Notes under the pieces: model-generated | The model's database searches: none | What the model was told of the DNA's origin: nothing | The model's input: the letters and a program-made list of their open reading frames with translations, nothing else | Translations under genes and position numbers: made by a program | Shown here: positions 1 through 22,485 of the stretch, one piece after another | Numbering within the stretch: the first letter of the stretch is position 1 | How the letters are laid out: each line of letters opens with the position of its first letter | Assembly (NCBI GenBank): GCA_002269645.1 | Contig: NIVC01002045.1 | Span: forward strand, 62,001-126,000 | DNA from: Macrostomum lignano | Taxonomy: Eukaryota | Reading direction: 5' to 3' | Length of the DNA: 64,000 nt

Positions 1-847
1 TAGTCCATTGCTCAGGCTTTAAGGTGTGTGAAGGGAACCTACTCATAAATGTTTTTTTTCATTCTTTGCATGCAGGCAGTGGAACGAGAGGACGCAGCTG
101 TGGCGTAGACCAGTTGCTGCTGTAGGGGCTGTGGCAGAGGCAGAGAGCCAGCAGAAAAATGAGGGATGAAATGGCTCTGGAATTGACTGTTGATTACTTT
201 GGGCACCGGCACTGAAACTTCGAGTGAGAGCTCAGCTCAATCCCAAGCAAGCGGGAACACACTGCTGTCCAAGGCAGAAGCAGAAAAATGCACCCTTAAT
301 ATCACATGAAGGCTTTTAGGCTGATTGTTGCAATAATTTTAGCCCCGGTGTATGACTGGCGCTCATTGATCAAATTGAAAATATTCTGCCACTTTGCCTC
401 TACTATTTAATGCTTTACTCTGCTCCTTCTATTCCATATACATGTATTAACTGGGCATTCGCTGCTCGTCTAATTGCCTGTGATCTTAATTTGGCATCTT
501 TTCTACCGGTATTATCCAAGGGGGTTCCGATAATAGCAGGAAAATAACAGTCGATGAACCGACAGAGTTCAAGTCCAGAAATTAATGTATCTGGCATCAC
601 TGAATGAAGCGGCACCAAGCCGAGGGCAACCAGTCAAACAGTCAGTAATGCAGCATCGCCATCAACTGATGAATTCTTTGACGAATTGACGCGAGTTTGA
701 AGCTTGGTAAGGAAAATCTTTCACATTTGCAACAGGGTGTCCATAGTCGCCTGGTGTCACCCGTTAAAGTAGCCGACAGCGTCTCAGAGATATTAAGAGA
801 CTAACTGAGGATGCCTAGCAGTTGAGGCTTGCCCACTGCGGAGGCTT

Positions 848-2139
848 GATCAGAGACATCAGAGACATCAGAGACATCAAAGACATCAGAGACATCATAG
901 ACATCAGAGACATCAGAGACATCAGAGACATCAGAGACATCAGAGACATCAGAGACATCAGAGACATCAGAGACATCAGAGACATCAGAGACATCAGAGA
1001 CATCATAGACATCAGAGACATCAGAGACATCAAAGACATCAGAGACATCATAGACATCAGAGACATCAGAGACATCAGAGACATCATAGACATCAGAGAC
1101 ATCATAGACATCAGAGACATCAGAGACATCAGAGACATCATAGACATCAGAGACATCAGAGACATCATAGACATCATAGACACCAGAGACATAAGAGACA
1201 TCAGAGACACCAGAGACACCAGAGACATCAGAGACACCAGAGACATCAGAGACACCAGAGACACCAGAGACATCAGAGACACCAGAGACATCAGAGACAC
1301 CAGAGACATCAGAGACACCAGAGACATCAGAGACACCAGAGACATCAGAGACACCAGAGACATCAGAGACACCAGAGACATCAGAGACACCAGAGACATC
1401 AGAGACACCAGAGACATCAGAGACATCAGAGACATCAGAGACATCAGAGACATCATAGACATCATAGACACCAGAGACATCAGAGACACCAGAGACATCA
1501 GAGACACCAGAGACATCAGAGACACCAGAGACATCAGAGACACCAGAGACATCAGAGACACCAGAGACATCAGAGACACCAGAGACATCAGAGACACCAG
1601 AGACATCAGAGACACCAGAGACATCAGAGACACCAGAGACATCAGAGACACCAGAGACATCAGAGACACCAGAGACATCAGAGACACCAGAGACATCAGA
1701 GACACCAGAGACATCAGAGACACCAGAGACATCAGAGACACCAGAGACATCAGAGACACCAGAGACATCAGAGACACCAGAGACATCAGAGACACCAGAG
1801 ACATCAGAGACACCAGAGACATCAGAGACACCAGAGACATCAGAGACACCAGAGACATCAGAGACACCAGAGACATCAGAGACACCAGAGACATCAGAGA
1901 CACCAGAGACATCAGAGACACCAGAGACATCAGAGACACCAGAGACATCAGAGACACCAGAGACATCAGAGACACCAGAGACATCAGAGACACCAGAGAC
2001 ATCAGAGACACCAGAGACATCAGAGACACCAGAGACATCAGAGACACCAGAGACATCAGAGACACCAGAGACATCAGAGATACCAGAGACATCAGAGACA
2101 CCAGAGACATCAGAGACACCAGAGACATCAGAGACATCA
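848..2139. repeat. 9-bp tandem satellite (GAGACATCA / GAGACACCA), 3' part organised as alternating 18-bp dimers
   Basis: Direct reading of the sequence. The 440-498 aa ORFs here are repeat translations (DIR/DTR, DVS, SLM). Confidence 0.97.
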
Positions 2140-2828
2140 GAATGCCCAGAAGCTCCGCTTCGGTGAAGTCCAGCGACCAACGAAGTCAGAACTGATGCAG
2201 ACACGTGTGGTCGACATGCTGTTGAAATTGAAGGCTCGACAAAGCGGCACTGAGGCGCAGTGCTGATTGGCGCACAGGAGTGTATTGAATAATACATTGG
2301 GTCTGATGGCCAGTGATGGGAAAGAACCCGACCTGCTGGCAGAATTCCTGAATATCTCGACGGTTCAGTAAGCTGGAGACTTGATCATTATTTTAAGAAG
2401 GTGCACAATAAAGAAGTTGGTACGTGTTCTGGAACTTCGTGTGCCTGCGTTGCTCTGTTATGGATTGTAGAGTCAGTTTCCTTTTGGTAGTTTGACTGGC
2501 AGATAGTGGCGTCAAGGCGCCAAAATATAGCGCAAATGATTGCCTGCGGCGCCAAAGTGTCTCCAGTGCCAAAATAGTGCCTGCCTACGGCGCCACAAAT
2601 GAGTTTGGCAGAGAAAACAGCTCGCTTCTGCACCCAGAGCTACTGCAGATCAGACAGTTGGGTAGTTCGTGTCAAGCACGTCTGCAGAACATAGTAGTGC
2701 AAGAACAGGTGGTTTCCACTTGTTTGCTTGTAGACAATCTGGGATTGAGAACAAGTTGCAGCACAAGCAGCTATCCGAGACAGCGAGACAGTTCCACATC
2801 AAATGCGTTCAGAGAGGGGAGAGGAAAA

Positions 2829-2857
2829 CAGAGAGAGAGAGAGAAAGAAAGAGATAG

Positions 2858-2888
<31 letters not shown>

Positions 2889-2889
2889 G
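2829..2889. repeat. (AG)n-rich microsatellite, followed by a CT-rich low-complexity tract at about 3000-3200
   Basis: Direct reading. Confidence 0.85.
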
Positions 2890-3422
2890 CTGAGCATCCG
2901 TTTTGTGATCAGAAAGTTCCACAAGTAGCAACTGTAGTCACTGATCAGGCCCTCGGGTACTTTGAAACTTCACTATACCAATCCGGAGCGCTCAGTGTCT
3001 CTTCTCAGATCTCTTCTCAGTATTCACCTCTCTTCTCTCCTCTCCTCTCTTCTCCTTTCTCCTCTCATTTCTCCACTCCCCTCTCCTCTCTTCTCTCACT
3101 AATCTTCTCTCTTAAGACACCTCTCATCTCGTCTCTCACCTCCCTTTTGTCGTATCTCTTTCTTCTTCTCTCATCACTATTCCATCTCCTTACCTCTCCC
3201 ATCTGGCCCACAGCAATGAATTAGATTCTTTGTTTGCCCCTTGAGGTAGAAGAAAGGGAAGATTCTCTATGGAAACTTTTTATTAGAGGCGGAGACAGGG
3301 GGCTGTATGTACCCTGGCGCACTTTAAGTGACATTGTCACACAACTGGCAAACATTCCGCCGACTCTCCTGAGCAAACACACAAGCGCGCAAATACATGC
3401 GCATTCATACGCACGAGCACAC

Positions 3423-3595
3423 ATTCACACAGGAGTGTACAGCGGCCCTAACTTTATTTATTGTTAGGCATGTACAATTCACTGTGCCTTGGGGGGTTGG
3501 CCCGCAATGGTGTTAATTGCATTTAGCCCCAGATTAATGTGAGTGCACTTGGAATCGAACCTGGGCCGCTGGCACATCAGAGCGCCGCGCTGGAC
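3423..3595 (-). mobile_element. tRNA-derived SINE-like dispersed repeat, copy 1
   Basis: Shares the core CAGCGGCCCT(A/G)ACTTT...CATGTA(C/A)A...CTGTGCC.TGGGG.TTG with 4262-4440 and 16930-17090. GGAATCGAACC near 3550 is a B-box (GGTTCGATTCC) on the minus strand. Confidence 0.6.
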
Positions 3596-3654
3596 CACTG
3601 GGCTGTGCACTCCTCAGAGCATTGATTGATTTGCAAACAATCAACCCCTTCCAG

Positions 3655-6094
3655 CGCAAGCCGCTGTACTACGAGATCAACCTCATCATGCCCTGCATCG
3701 CCATCCTCATTGTGGCCCTGTTCGGCTTCCGACTGCCGCCCGAGTCCGGCGAGCGGATCTCCCTGTCCGTCACGGTGCTGCTGGCGCTCAGCGTGTTTCT
3801 GCAGCTGGCCAGCGAGCACACGCCGACGCAGAGCGACGTTGTGCCGCTCATGTGTGAGTCTGCGGGTTCTGCGCTACCCCGCTTCGAAGCTAATTGATTA
3901 AATCTCTTAAGCTCATTAAATTTTACCCATGTGTTAGCATACAGCAGACATGGGCGTTGACAAGGCTCTGGCTGAGCAAGATGAAAGTACACAGACAGGG
4001 CCAAAGCTGGCCGGACGAGAGCAGTGTGCGCCAATAATGTACACATTGTTCGGCGAGCGTTGAAAACGTTACACGGTTCTGATCTAGTCATCAGTGTATT
4101 AAGGGAAACTATAAACAAAAGGCAATACTGACGAGAGGGCTGCGGGCACCCTAGCGAAACGCCTCGGCGTTATCATTCCACAGCCAGTGCCGAGGCAATT
4201 CTGCACATTTCGCTGACTTCTGAGCACACACAGCGCTTCAATACTGTACGCAGGCACGTACTCACACAGGGGTGCACAGCGGCCCTGACTTTCTAATCGT
4301 CAGACATGTAAACTCTCTGTGCCGTGGGGTTGCCCCTCATGACTGTTAACCAAAAGAAAAACACTTGGTCAATTCCGTGCACAAGACCCAAATGAATGTG
4401 GGGCGTAAGGAATTGAACCAGTGTCTCGGGCGCGGACCCTGTATAGACTCCTATACTCAGCAACAGCTAAACCCCCCCCCCCAACTCACGCTGTCACACG
4501 GCCCAAAAGTTTTGTATGCCATCGGTGACTCAGAAATGTGTGAAGGCTGCCGCCGCCAGACGCGAGCGCAAAGTGCGGCATGGGGGATTTGGGGAGGGGG
4601 TGGTGCAACTCAACCCACTGGTGGCTGCATTGCGCAATGGTAAATCATCAGAGCTACAGCTACAGCAGCAGTTTCTGCCATTTGCTACGACAACCTTTGG
4701 CGGCCCGCAGAACTGCATTCTTCAAGACGACAACGCTGCGCCACATCGAGTAGCACACGTGCAGCTGCTGAAGGAGCAGCTCGGCATTCGCACATTGAAC
4801 TGGCCGTCAAAGTCTCCAGACATGAACCGCATCGAGCATGTCTGGGACTTTGTGTAAAGCGAAGAGTTCAGCAGGATGCCCCACAGAATGCTGAACAGTT
4901 GCGACTGGCGGTGCTGATGTCTGGCAGCAGCTGCCCCAAGAGTTCATCAACCGGCTGGTGATCAGGATGCCCCGACGAGTCACGGCACTTTTGCATGCTC
5001 GTGGTTCCTACACACGATACTGAGACTAGAATTAAAGACATTGCTTAACCTTTGTGCCCGTGTGACAGCGTGAGTTGGGGGGGGGGTTTAGCTGTTGCTG
5101 AGTATACTTTATTCACTTCAGTATTTATAAATTTTTTTCTTCAAAACTTTGAACTACCTTAGTAGATTAAACTTGAAAATTATTTATTCTGTCTTCAAAC
5201 TGCTTTATGCATTGGACACTTTTCAGCCCGCTACTTCATGGTCGCCATCGGCATGTCCTCGTTGTGCGTTCTGGGCAGCATCCTGGTGCTGCTGCTGCAC
5301 TCCAACGGCAAGCAGGCCAAGCGAATGGGCCACCGAACTGAGCTGTTCTTCACTCTGCTGTGCCGCCTCATCTGCTATCCGGGCTTCCAGGAAGCTGGAG
5401 CGAATGCCAGCGGCTGCAGAGGTGACGGAGGCACCCACGGAGGCAACAGGCACCAGAATCGCGTCAACAGGCGCTCGGTAGGCTACCGATTTCTAAGAAC
5501 CGATTTAATGCAGAAAGATCGATTAAAGGAAACGATTCGATTTTGATGAACGCTGGTTTGGGCGCAAAATCAAAATAAGAAGGAGTTATTGGCTAGAAAA
5601 CATTTACGTATAATTCTTTCATTTTGCAGATTAGTCCGAGCAAAAGCAGCAACGGCAAAAGCAATGGCAGAACCAACAGCAGAAGCAACAGAATCTTTTC
5701 ACCGACAGCCTCGTCCACCATCGTGTCCAGTAGAGTGGATATAGAAGAAATTAACGTCGATGCACTGCGCGTCAGAGCTGAGCGCAGTTCGACTGCTGAT
5801 GTGCCGCCGCCACCGTCTCCTCAGCAGCCGCCGCCGCAATGGGCGGCTGATGCTCTGAACCGAGTCAGCTCAACCCTGACGGAGATTCGCCTGGCCATGG
5901 CCCAGTCGGAGGACTCCAAGCGATGGGAGCGACGTTGGGAGGACGCCGCCCAGGTCACGGACAGGCTGATGTTCTACATCTCCATGGTGGGCTTCATCGG
6001 ACTCATCCTGACCGTTTTGATAGTCCGACCCAGCGAAGCCATCAGCGCCGCCACTGACTGCAAGCAGTTTCGCGCTGCCTCGATGAGCGCCTGA
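3655..6094 (+). CDS. Nicotinic acetylcholine receptor subunit (Cys-loop ligand-gated ion channel), 3' portion with TM1-TM4; exons 3655-3853, 5227-5477, 5630-6094; ligand-binding exons not found in the window
   Basis: RKPLYYEINLIMPC (pre-M1/M1), LPPESGERISLSVTVLLALSVFL (M2), VPLMSRYF (M3) and WEDAAQVTDRLMFYI (MA/M4). GT-AG junction phases (1, 0) join in frame. Confidence 0.93.
4262..4440 (-). mobile_element. tRNA-derived SINE-like dispersed repeat, copy 2
   Basis: Similar to 3423-3595. Degenerate reversed B-box GGAATTGAACC at about 4410. Confidence 0.55.
4456..5102 (+). mobile_element. Internally deleted Tc1/mariner DNA transposon in a nAChR intron
   Basis: About 48-bp terminal inverted repeats (CTCAGCAACAGCTAAACCCC...CACACGGGC and its reverse complement at 5056-5102) with TA on both flanks. 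Transposase C-terminal fragment LQDDNAAPH...WPSKSPDMNRIEHVWD followed by a stop. Confidence 0.9.
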
Positions 6095-6910
6095 CCTGAC
6101 AGAGGTATCCGACCGAGTGCTCCGCCAGATTGAAAGTGGAGCTGCCAGTAACCGTTTCCGACCAATTCTTTGTGCACTCGAATGGACCTGAGCAGGTTCG
6201 AAATTGCACCCAACATAATACTATTAACGTTGCAAAAAGGAAGACTGCTAGCTGAACGGTGCCAATTACCTGAGGTCGACTGCGGGCTTCATATTGCTTA
6301 TATTACTTTAGGAATTATGCATGAAGTTGGCCTGAAACTTGTCGTTTAATCCACACTTGTGACGACCAACTCACAGTACACCCTGTGCATCGGTGTCCCA
6401 TGTGCCAGCTCAGCGGACAAAACTTCTTGCAAATTACATGCATGTCTGAGTAGAGGTTTAGGATGGTTTTCCATTGTCGTGTAATTTTGCACGCCTGCTC
6501 AGTTCGGGTGCAGCGAATTTTAGCTAGAGTACTGCTAGAATTCGCCGTTCTTGAAAGCTGCTTATTTTTATAGAATTACTCGGCTTTCTGTTTCACGTTT
6601 CTCACATTATGTGTATTTTGTTCATTGTACTCCGGAACCGAACTCCATATTCGTCTCCTATAAACTACTACAAGTAGCGCTGCGAGTGGGTGCAATTTTT
6701 TATTGTGCTCTTATAACCCATCCTGCGCTCGCAATTAATTGATCCGATCAGTATTTGATTGGGTGTTTATTTTTACGAGACTGCATAAAGTGCTTGCTTG
6801 AGTGAATAATCTCAGATAAGTTGATGCCGCGTCTGCAACTAGAAACTGTCGAGACTTGAATGTTTTCTACAAATTTTGAGTTAGCCCGCTGTATAGGTTG
6901 CGCTTTAAAT

Positions 6911-7379
6911 GCGGAAAGCTCATAGAAAGGCAATAATAGAAGCCACTATCCTTTACTCAGATTGACCTCGGGCCGCATGAAATTGGTTCAGGTCGTGAAA
7001 CCTTGCGGAAAGCTCATAGAAAGGCAATAATAGAAGCCACTATCCTTTACTCAGATTGACCTCGGGCCGCATGAAATTGGTTCAGGTCGTGAAACCTTGC
7101 GGAAAGCTCATAGAAAGGCAATAATAGAAGCCACTATCCTTTACTCAGATTGACCTCGGGCCGCATGAAATTGGTTCAGGTCGTGAAACCTTGCGGAAAG
7201 CTCATAGAAAGGCAATAATAGAAGCCACTATCCTTTACTCAGATTGACCTCGGGCCGCATGAAATTGGTTCAGGTCGTGAAACCTTGCGGAAAGCTCATA
7301 GAAAGGCAATAATAGAAGCCACTATCCTTTACTCAGATTGACCTCGGGCCGCATGAAATTGGTTCAGGTCGTGAAACCT
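6911..7379. repeat. 94-bp tandem repeat, 5 near-identical copies
   Basis: Unit starts GCGGAAAGCTC at 6911, 7005, 7099, 7193 and 7287. Confidence 0.95.
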
Positions 7380-7689
7380 GCCAAATGACGCTTTGTACAA
7401 AAGCAAAGTGAGACGTGCCTACAAATGAAAGAACTGGATGGCTAGAAGCTCAAGGTATTCCATTTTAATCTCTTACCTAGAAGATAAAGCTCTGTTTCTT
7501 AGACACTATTTTTGTTTGGTCCGACCGGGCGTAACTTGGTTGGGTGTTAAACCAGTGGGGCGTGGCTCTTGTGCGTTGGTGCGGGGGTGGTGGGCCGCGC
7601 CTAGGTCACGTGCCCGCGGCTTGGGTGGCGGTTATTTCTGCCAAGCGGACTGTCGCTGACCCGAGGGTATCCAGGGATGCTGTGGCACG

Positions 7690-8000
7690 CAACGCTTGTA
7701 CAAAGTCATCAAAGACACTTAAGAGAGACAAGTGGGTTAGAAATGTTTTCACTGATCAACGCCAGATTCCAACGACGGTGAGTGAACTGAATCATGAACA
7801 GCTACGGGACCTTTTGCCGCGGCTTCTTCCACGAAGTCCGCAAACAAAGTGGAGAAGGCTATCCGACTGGATCGATTGTCTCCATCGCCGCTGGACTACA
7901 GCATATGGCTAGTATTATACGATCAGTAGACAACCACCCATGGACATCTTTCGTGGCCTGGACTTAAAAGCAATCACGGACTGAAAGATGCTGCAATGGA
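7690..8000 (+). pseudogene. Degenerate Crypton-type / DUF3504-like (ZMYM-QRICH1-KCTD1 family) tyrosine-recombinase N-terminal relic
   Basis: KSSKTLKRDKWVRNVFTD...LNHEQLRDLLP then, after a 1-nt shift at about 7825, FFHEVRKQSGEGYPTGSIVSIAAGLQH. This resembles the F..EVR..DG..YP...L..I..GLQ motif recalled for this family. Confidence 0.55.
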
Positions 8001-9864
8001 AATTACTACCAAACAAGACGACGGCTTGAAGCGCAGGAGTGATTTCCATCGAAAAAGACTCTCAAATCTGGAATAAACAGCGCGGCCGCTAAATAAAAGC
8101 CAGAAAATTAAATTGCAAAAACTAAAGCTTGGAACTTGAATAAATGCTTCTTATTGCGGGCATTATGTGAGCTTCGGCATGCTATATTTTTAGCAAAAGT
8201 GACTTTAATTTGGTAAACCCATAAACATATTTCCTTCCCGTAATATTTCTATGGCCAACTGTGGCAGAATCAGTTAAAGTGCGCGTTCAACTTTGGCAAA
8301 AGTGACTCCAATATTAGCGACACAGGCGAACACTGCAGGGTGGAGAACGGCAGGAGCGCAGTTTCTAAGAAGGAAGAGACTGGAGACGGCTGGCAAATGT
8401 CCTCGACATAAAAAAGATCCAACCAGTTCCAGTTCCATCACCGCCGAAAATGTCAGCAGTGGCACGGATCATGTGCTGAGTTGTGGATCCCCCTGCCTGA
8501 CCTACAGTGACATTGATCACTAATGGTCTTTCAGTAACTACAACTGTGACATTAGGATAACTGAAGCAGTGACAGTGACTGACTTTGAGTCCGTCTCCAG
8601 ACCCGTCAAAGTTTTTCATTTCTGACGCGCTGCTCGACTTGTACGATGAGCAGCACGTAGGAGCGCAACAGCAGCATCGGAAGATTCAATTGCATCCAGC
8701 AGTCAATTACCCGGTGATGCTTAAGAAACTGCTCACAAACGAATCTGGTGGCTTTCGGCGCCAAGACTGCATCTGTCTCGAATTCATCTTGACTTGGATC
8801 TTGACCGTAACACGACCTCACACTCCCAGTCGCTTCACTTGAACTCCAACTCCAACTATCAGGATGATATATTTAAATCACTATAAAACATCTATTTGGA
8901 TAACAAGCAAGGTAGTTATTATAAGCCGGGTGAACATCAGTTAAAAAAACTTGAACAATAGAAATTCCATGCCACAACAAAAGGCTTGAAATATCAGCCA
9001 AGAGAGCTCAGTGACTACAATAGACAGGAAAAATCACTCGTCTGATTCAGGCAAGATTCGAGGGCCATTCGCTAGGAAGCGAGATTGGTGCTGTGTTTTT
9101 ATTTCAATTTTATTTCAGTTCGTGAAAAGCAGTGTGTTGCAATGAAATGCGTCACAGATTATAATATTGAATCAACGGCATGATGGCAATGCAATTTCAC
9201 GATTATTCATATCTAAGTACGAGCGGCTCATGCAGAAAGACCACAAGTAGTATGAGATGGAGCAATGCTTCCAACCAACAGTCAATCTTGCAAACAAATC
9301 GTTTCAGTTTAAGCTATAATCCAAAAACCTGAATGCAAAATATTCTATTAAACTCCACAAGTCTATTCTAAAATCGTGCCATGAATTGTCAACTTAAGCG
9401 CCTGAATGGAGCCTGCAGTACCCTGGGAGCCTGGTAGGGGACCTGGGGGTCTTTCTCGAAACTGCCGTAAGTTCTATAGTAATTTCAATCGTACGCTAAA
9501 ACTTCGCGCTCTGCGTAAGATCAGTCTTAAGTCGGTTAATTCTCAAAACCGACTCTAAATAACAATTGTCTATGGACGAAAGAGTGGAAAACGTGACGCT
9601 TTTCTAGCTTTTTTACGGAGAGAAATAGGCGGTCAGTCTTAAAGATGACCATAGAAATACGAATCATTCCATTAACAGCCTTTTGCGTAAAGTGGCGATC
9701 GAACTTGCAAGCTGTAAGTGCGGCTTCTCCATCTTAAGTCTATAGTCCAATCCCCAATGAAAAAGGATCCCCCTGAATGGGACATTCGGTGTATTTCGTA
9801 GCTTTACGTATTTCCGGCTCCATTCCGGTTACTACTGTGGTCCTTGCACACTGCTCGGTGCTGG

Positions 9865-19707
<9,843 letters not shown>

Positions 19708-19811
19708 CTGAAATGTCAGCCGCGGCGGGGGCATTCGATGACGGCGGAGGTGGCAGCGAGACGCCAGGGGAGGCGGCAGTTCACACAGAGTGTCCGCCGG
19801 ATCCTCCCGCA

Positions 19812-19813
<2 letters not shown>

Positions 19814-19860
<47 letters not shown>
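19814..19860. repeat. (CTGT)n microsatellite
   Basis: Direct reading. Confidence 0.9.
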
Positions 19861-20066
19861 GGCTGCTTTTTTGAATATCAGTTACGAGCTACTAGCTGTC
19901 CAACTGCTTAATCGCAGCGGTGCCTATACTTCCCTGAGGCTACTCAGAATCCCCACATCGAGTTTCCAACTTCCTATTGGCCTTCCGCATCCCAGCTGGA
20001 TTGCCAGCCCAGATTCGCAGTGGCCATTCATCAGCCGCAAGCCCACAAGCCATCCGGGTCACTCAC

Positions 20067-20458
20067 GCTGATCCTGCGGCCCGAGTGGATCCGCTCGATG
20101 CTCTGGTACCTGCTGAAGCTGATCTTGGCCGGGCCGCGGTCCGCGTCAGTTACGGACGTCTGCACTGTTTCTGTTGTCATGACGACCAAGTAGTGCGCCG
20201 AGGTCAGTTGGAAATCTTGACGAGTCTGAAAACTGGGCGCTCGGCAGCGGCAGCGGCAGCGGCAGCGGCAGCGGCAGGCTGTCTGCATTTGCCGACCTGG
20301 GAGACCGGGGGCAGGGGGGAGGGGCAGGTTGCCAGCCAGGAAGCCGGGCCGGCAGGTCTCAGCCTCAAGTAGGGGCGCCTCGGCATCTGGGCCGAGCCGG
20401 CGCGACCTGCGGCTCAGGCTGAAGCAGCTCAAGCGGAAAGCCGCAAGTTGGCATTCGC
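20067..20458 (-). CDS. Possible upstream low-complexity exon of the aminotransferase gene
   Basis: Open frame (ORF 20031-20468) ending in AGC|gtgagt in phase 0, compatible with acceptor tttcag|GGC at 19707. No recognisable domain. Confidence 0.35.
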
Positions 20459-20699
20459 TGCAGCACAATGTGAGCAGATCTGAGCAGAGGCAGTGAGCTG
20501 GACTGCCGCTGGAGCTTTGGATCTCCGGCTGGATTATTCGAATACCAAACTACGGAAATAAGTGTTTCGAATGCTCCTCACTGACTGATTCACTGTCTGA
20601 ACGCTTGAAATTTAAGTAACCTTTTGGAGTAGCAATAAAATCTACCCCACATTTCAGTCAATGACTGGCTAGATTAGCAATCCATTCTTTAATCCCTGT

Positions 20700-21195
20700 G
20701 ATCAGCTAGGTTAGCAATCCACTCTATTCTTATCATCTCCGTTATTGGATAGATTAGCAATCCACTCTATTCTTATCATCTCCGGTATTGGATAGATTAG
20801 CAATCCATTCCATTCTTATCATCTCCGTTATTGGATAGATTAGCAATCCATTCCATTCTTATCATCTCCGTTATTGGATAGATTAGCAATCCATTCTATT
20901 CTTATCATCTCCGTTATTGGATAGATTAGCAATCCACTCTATTCTTATCATCTCCGTTATTGGATAGATTAGCAATCCATTCTATTCTTATCATCTCCGT
21001 TATTGGATAGATTAGCAATACATTCTATTCTTATCATCTCCGATATTGGATAGATTAGCAATCCACTCTATTCTTATCATCTCCGTTATTGGATAGATTA
21101 GCAATCCATTCTATTCTTATCATCTCCGTTATTGGATAGATTAGCAATCCACTCTATTCTTATCATCTCCGTTATCGGCTAGATTAGCAATCCAC
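20700..21195. repeat. 43-bp minisatellite (GATTAGCAATCCATTCTATTCTTATCATCTCCGTTATTGGATA)
   Basis: Direct reading; units at 20881, 20924 and so on. Confidence 0.93.
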
Positions 21196-21899
21196 TTACG
21201 TTTAAGTCAATTACTTGATAGTTGAATAACTTATTTATTTAAAGAAAAAATGCTTGGATCACACAATACTATGGCTTATAGTTTTACGGCGTACTAACAG
21301 TAGTAGACCAAGATCTTGACTCACGCTTCCGCAAGCAATAATTGTATGCATAGTTATCCAAAAATGCACAGACTGAGCAACCCAGCTGAGAGCGGCTGCA
21401 CTTGTCCTGGCAGGCTGTTTTACAACCAGCTGCCTGCTCAGCCAGCTCGGGGACAGACGGAGAAAAGGGGGTGTCGGGCTGCAACTGAGGCGCTTGCTCA
21501 GTCGGAGAACTGATCTGCTCGGGGCGTGCCGGGACTCGGGAGAGCTGGGCCGGGGCGGCAGAAGTCATGCGCTCGGAGTACAAACAGAAATTGCCCCCCC
21601 CCTCCTCCAACTCAACCGCTCGCCGACTCCTATAGCAGTGATCCTCTGCATGTCGGATTGAGCCCAAACTGAGACGCCGATAGAGAGAGAGAGGAGAGAG
21701 AGAAGAGTCGGTGGTTTTTCAGTTCTCAATTGCAATCGATAATTATTGTCGAATTTGAAACGCTCCCCTGCTGGTAGCCCCGGAGCAGATTTGCCATTTT
21801 TGGGGCCGCTTCAAACTGCTGGATTCCCAGGCACGAGCGGCGTATGAGACTGGATTGATAGGGAAGGCTAGCAATGCAGTTCATTCCTTCATCTACATT

Positions 21900-22485
21900 A
21901 CTGATTAGCTAGATTAGCTATCCATTCTATTCCTATCACCGTGATTGGCTAGATTAGCAACCCATTCTATTCCTGTCACCGTAATTAGCTAGATTAGCAA
22001 TCGATTCGATTCTCATCACCGTGATTGGCTAGATTAGCAATCGATTCGATTCCTATCATCGTGATTGGCTAGATTAGCAACCCATTCTATTCCTATCATC
22101 GTGATTGGCTAGATTAGCAATCCATTCTATTCCTATCATCGTGATTGGCTAGATTAGCAATCCATTCGATTCCTATCATCATGATTGGCTAGATTAGCAA
22201 TCCATTCTATTCCTATCACCGTGATTGGCTAGATTAGCAATCCATTCTATTCCTATCACCGTGCTTGGCTAGATTAGCAATCCATTCGATTCCTATCATC
22301 ATGATTGGCTAGATTAGCAATCCATTCGATTCCTATCACCGTGATTGGCTAGATTAGCAATCCATTCGATTCCTATCACCGTGATTGGCTAGATTAGCAA
22401 TCCATTCTATTCCTATCACCGTGATTGGCTAGATTAGCAATCCATTCGATTCCTATCACCGTGATTGGCTAGATTAGCAATCCAA
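21900..22485. repeat. 40-bp minisatellite (GTGATTGGCTAGATTAGCAATCCATTCTATTCCTATCACC), related to the 20700-21195 array
   Basis: Direct reading; shared core AGATTAGCAATCCATTCTATTC. Confidence 0.93.

Noticed and set aside
415-780. Short minus-strand ORF, possibly a retroelement remnant
   Set aside because: No diagnostic motif recognised.
801-2297. Long ORFs of 440-498 aa on both strands
   Set aside because: Translations of a stop-free 9-bp satellite; no protein-like complexity.
6911-7379. CRISPR-like array
   Set aside because: Units are identical head-to-tail with no unique spacers, there are no cas genes, and the context is eukaryotic.
21284-21667. 127-aa minus-strand ORF as an exon of abLIM or the aminotransferase
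   Set aside because: No domain match, and its best donor (phase 1) does not fit the next candidate acceptor (phase 2).
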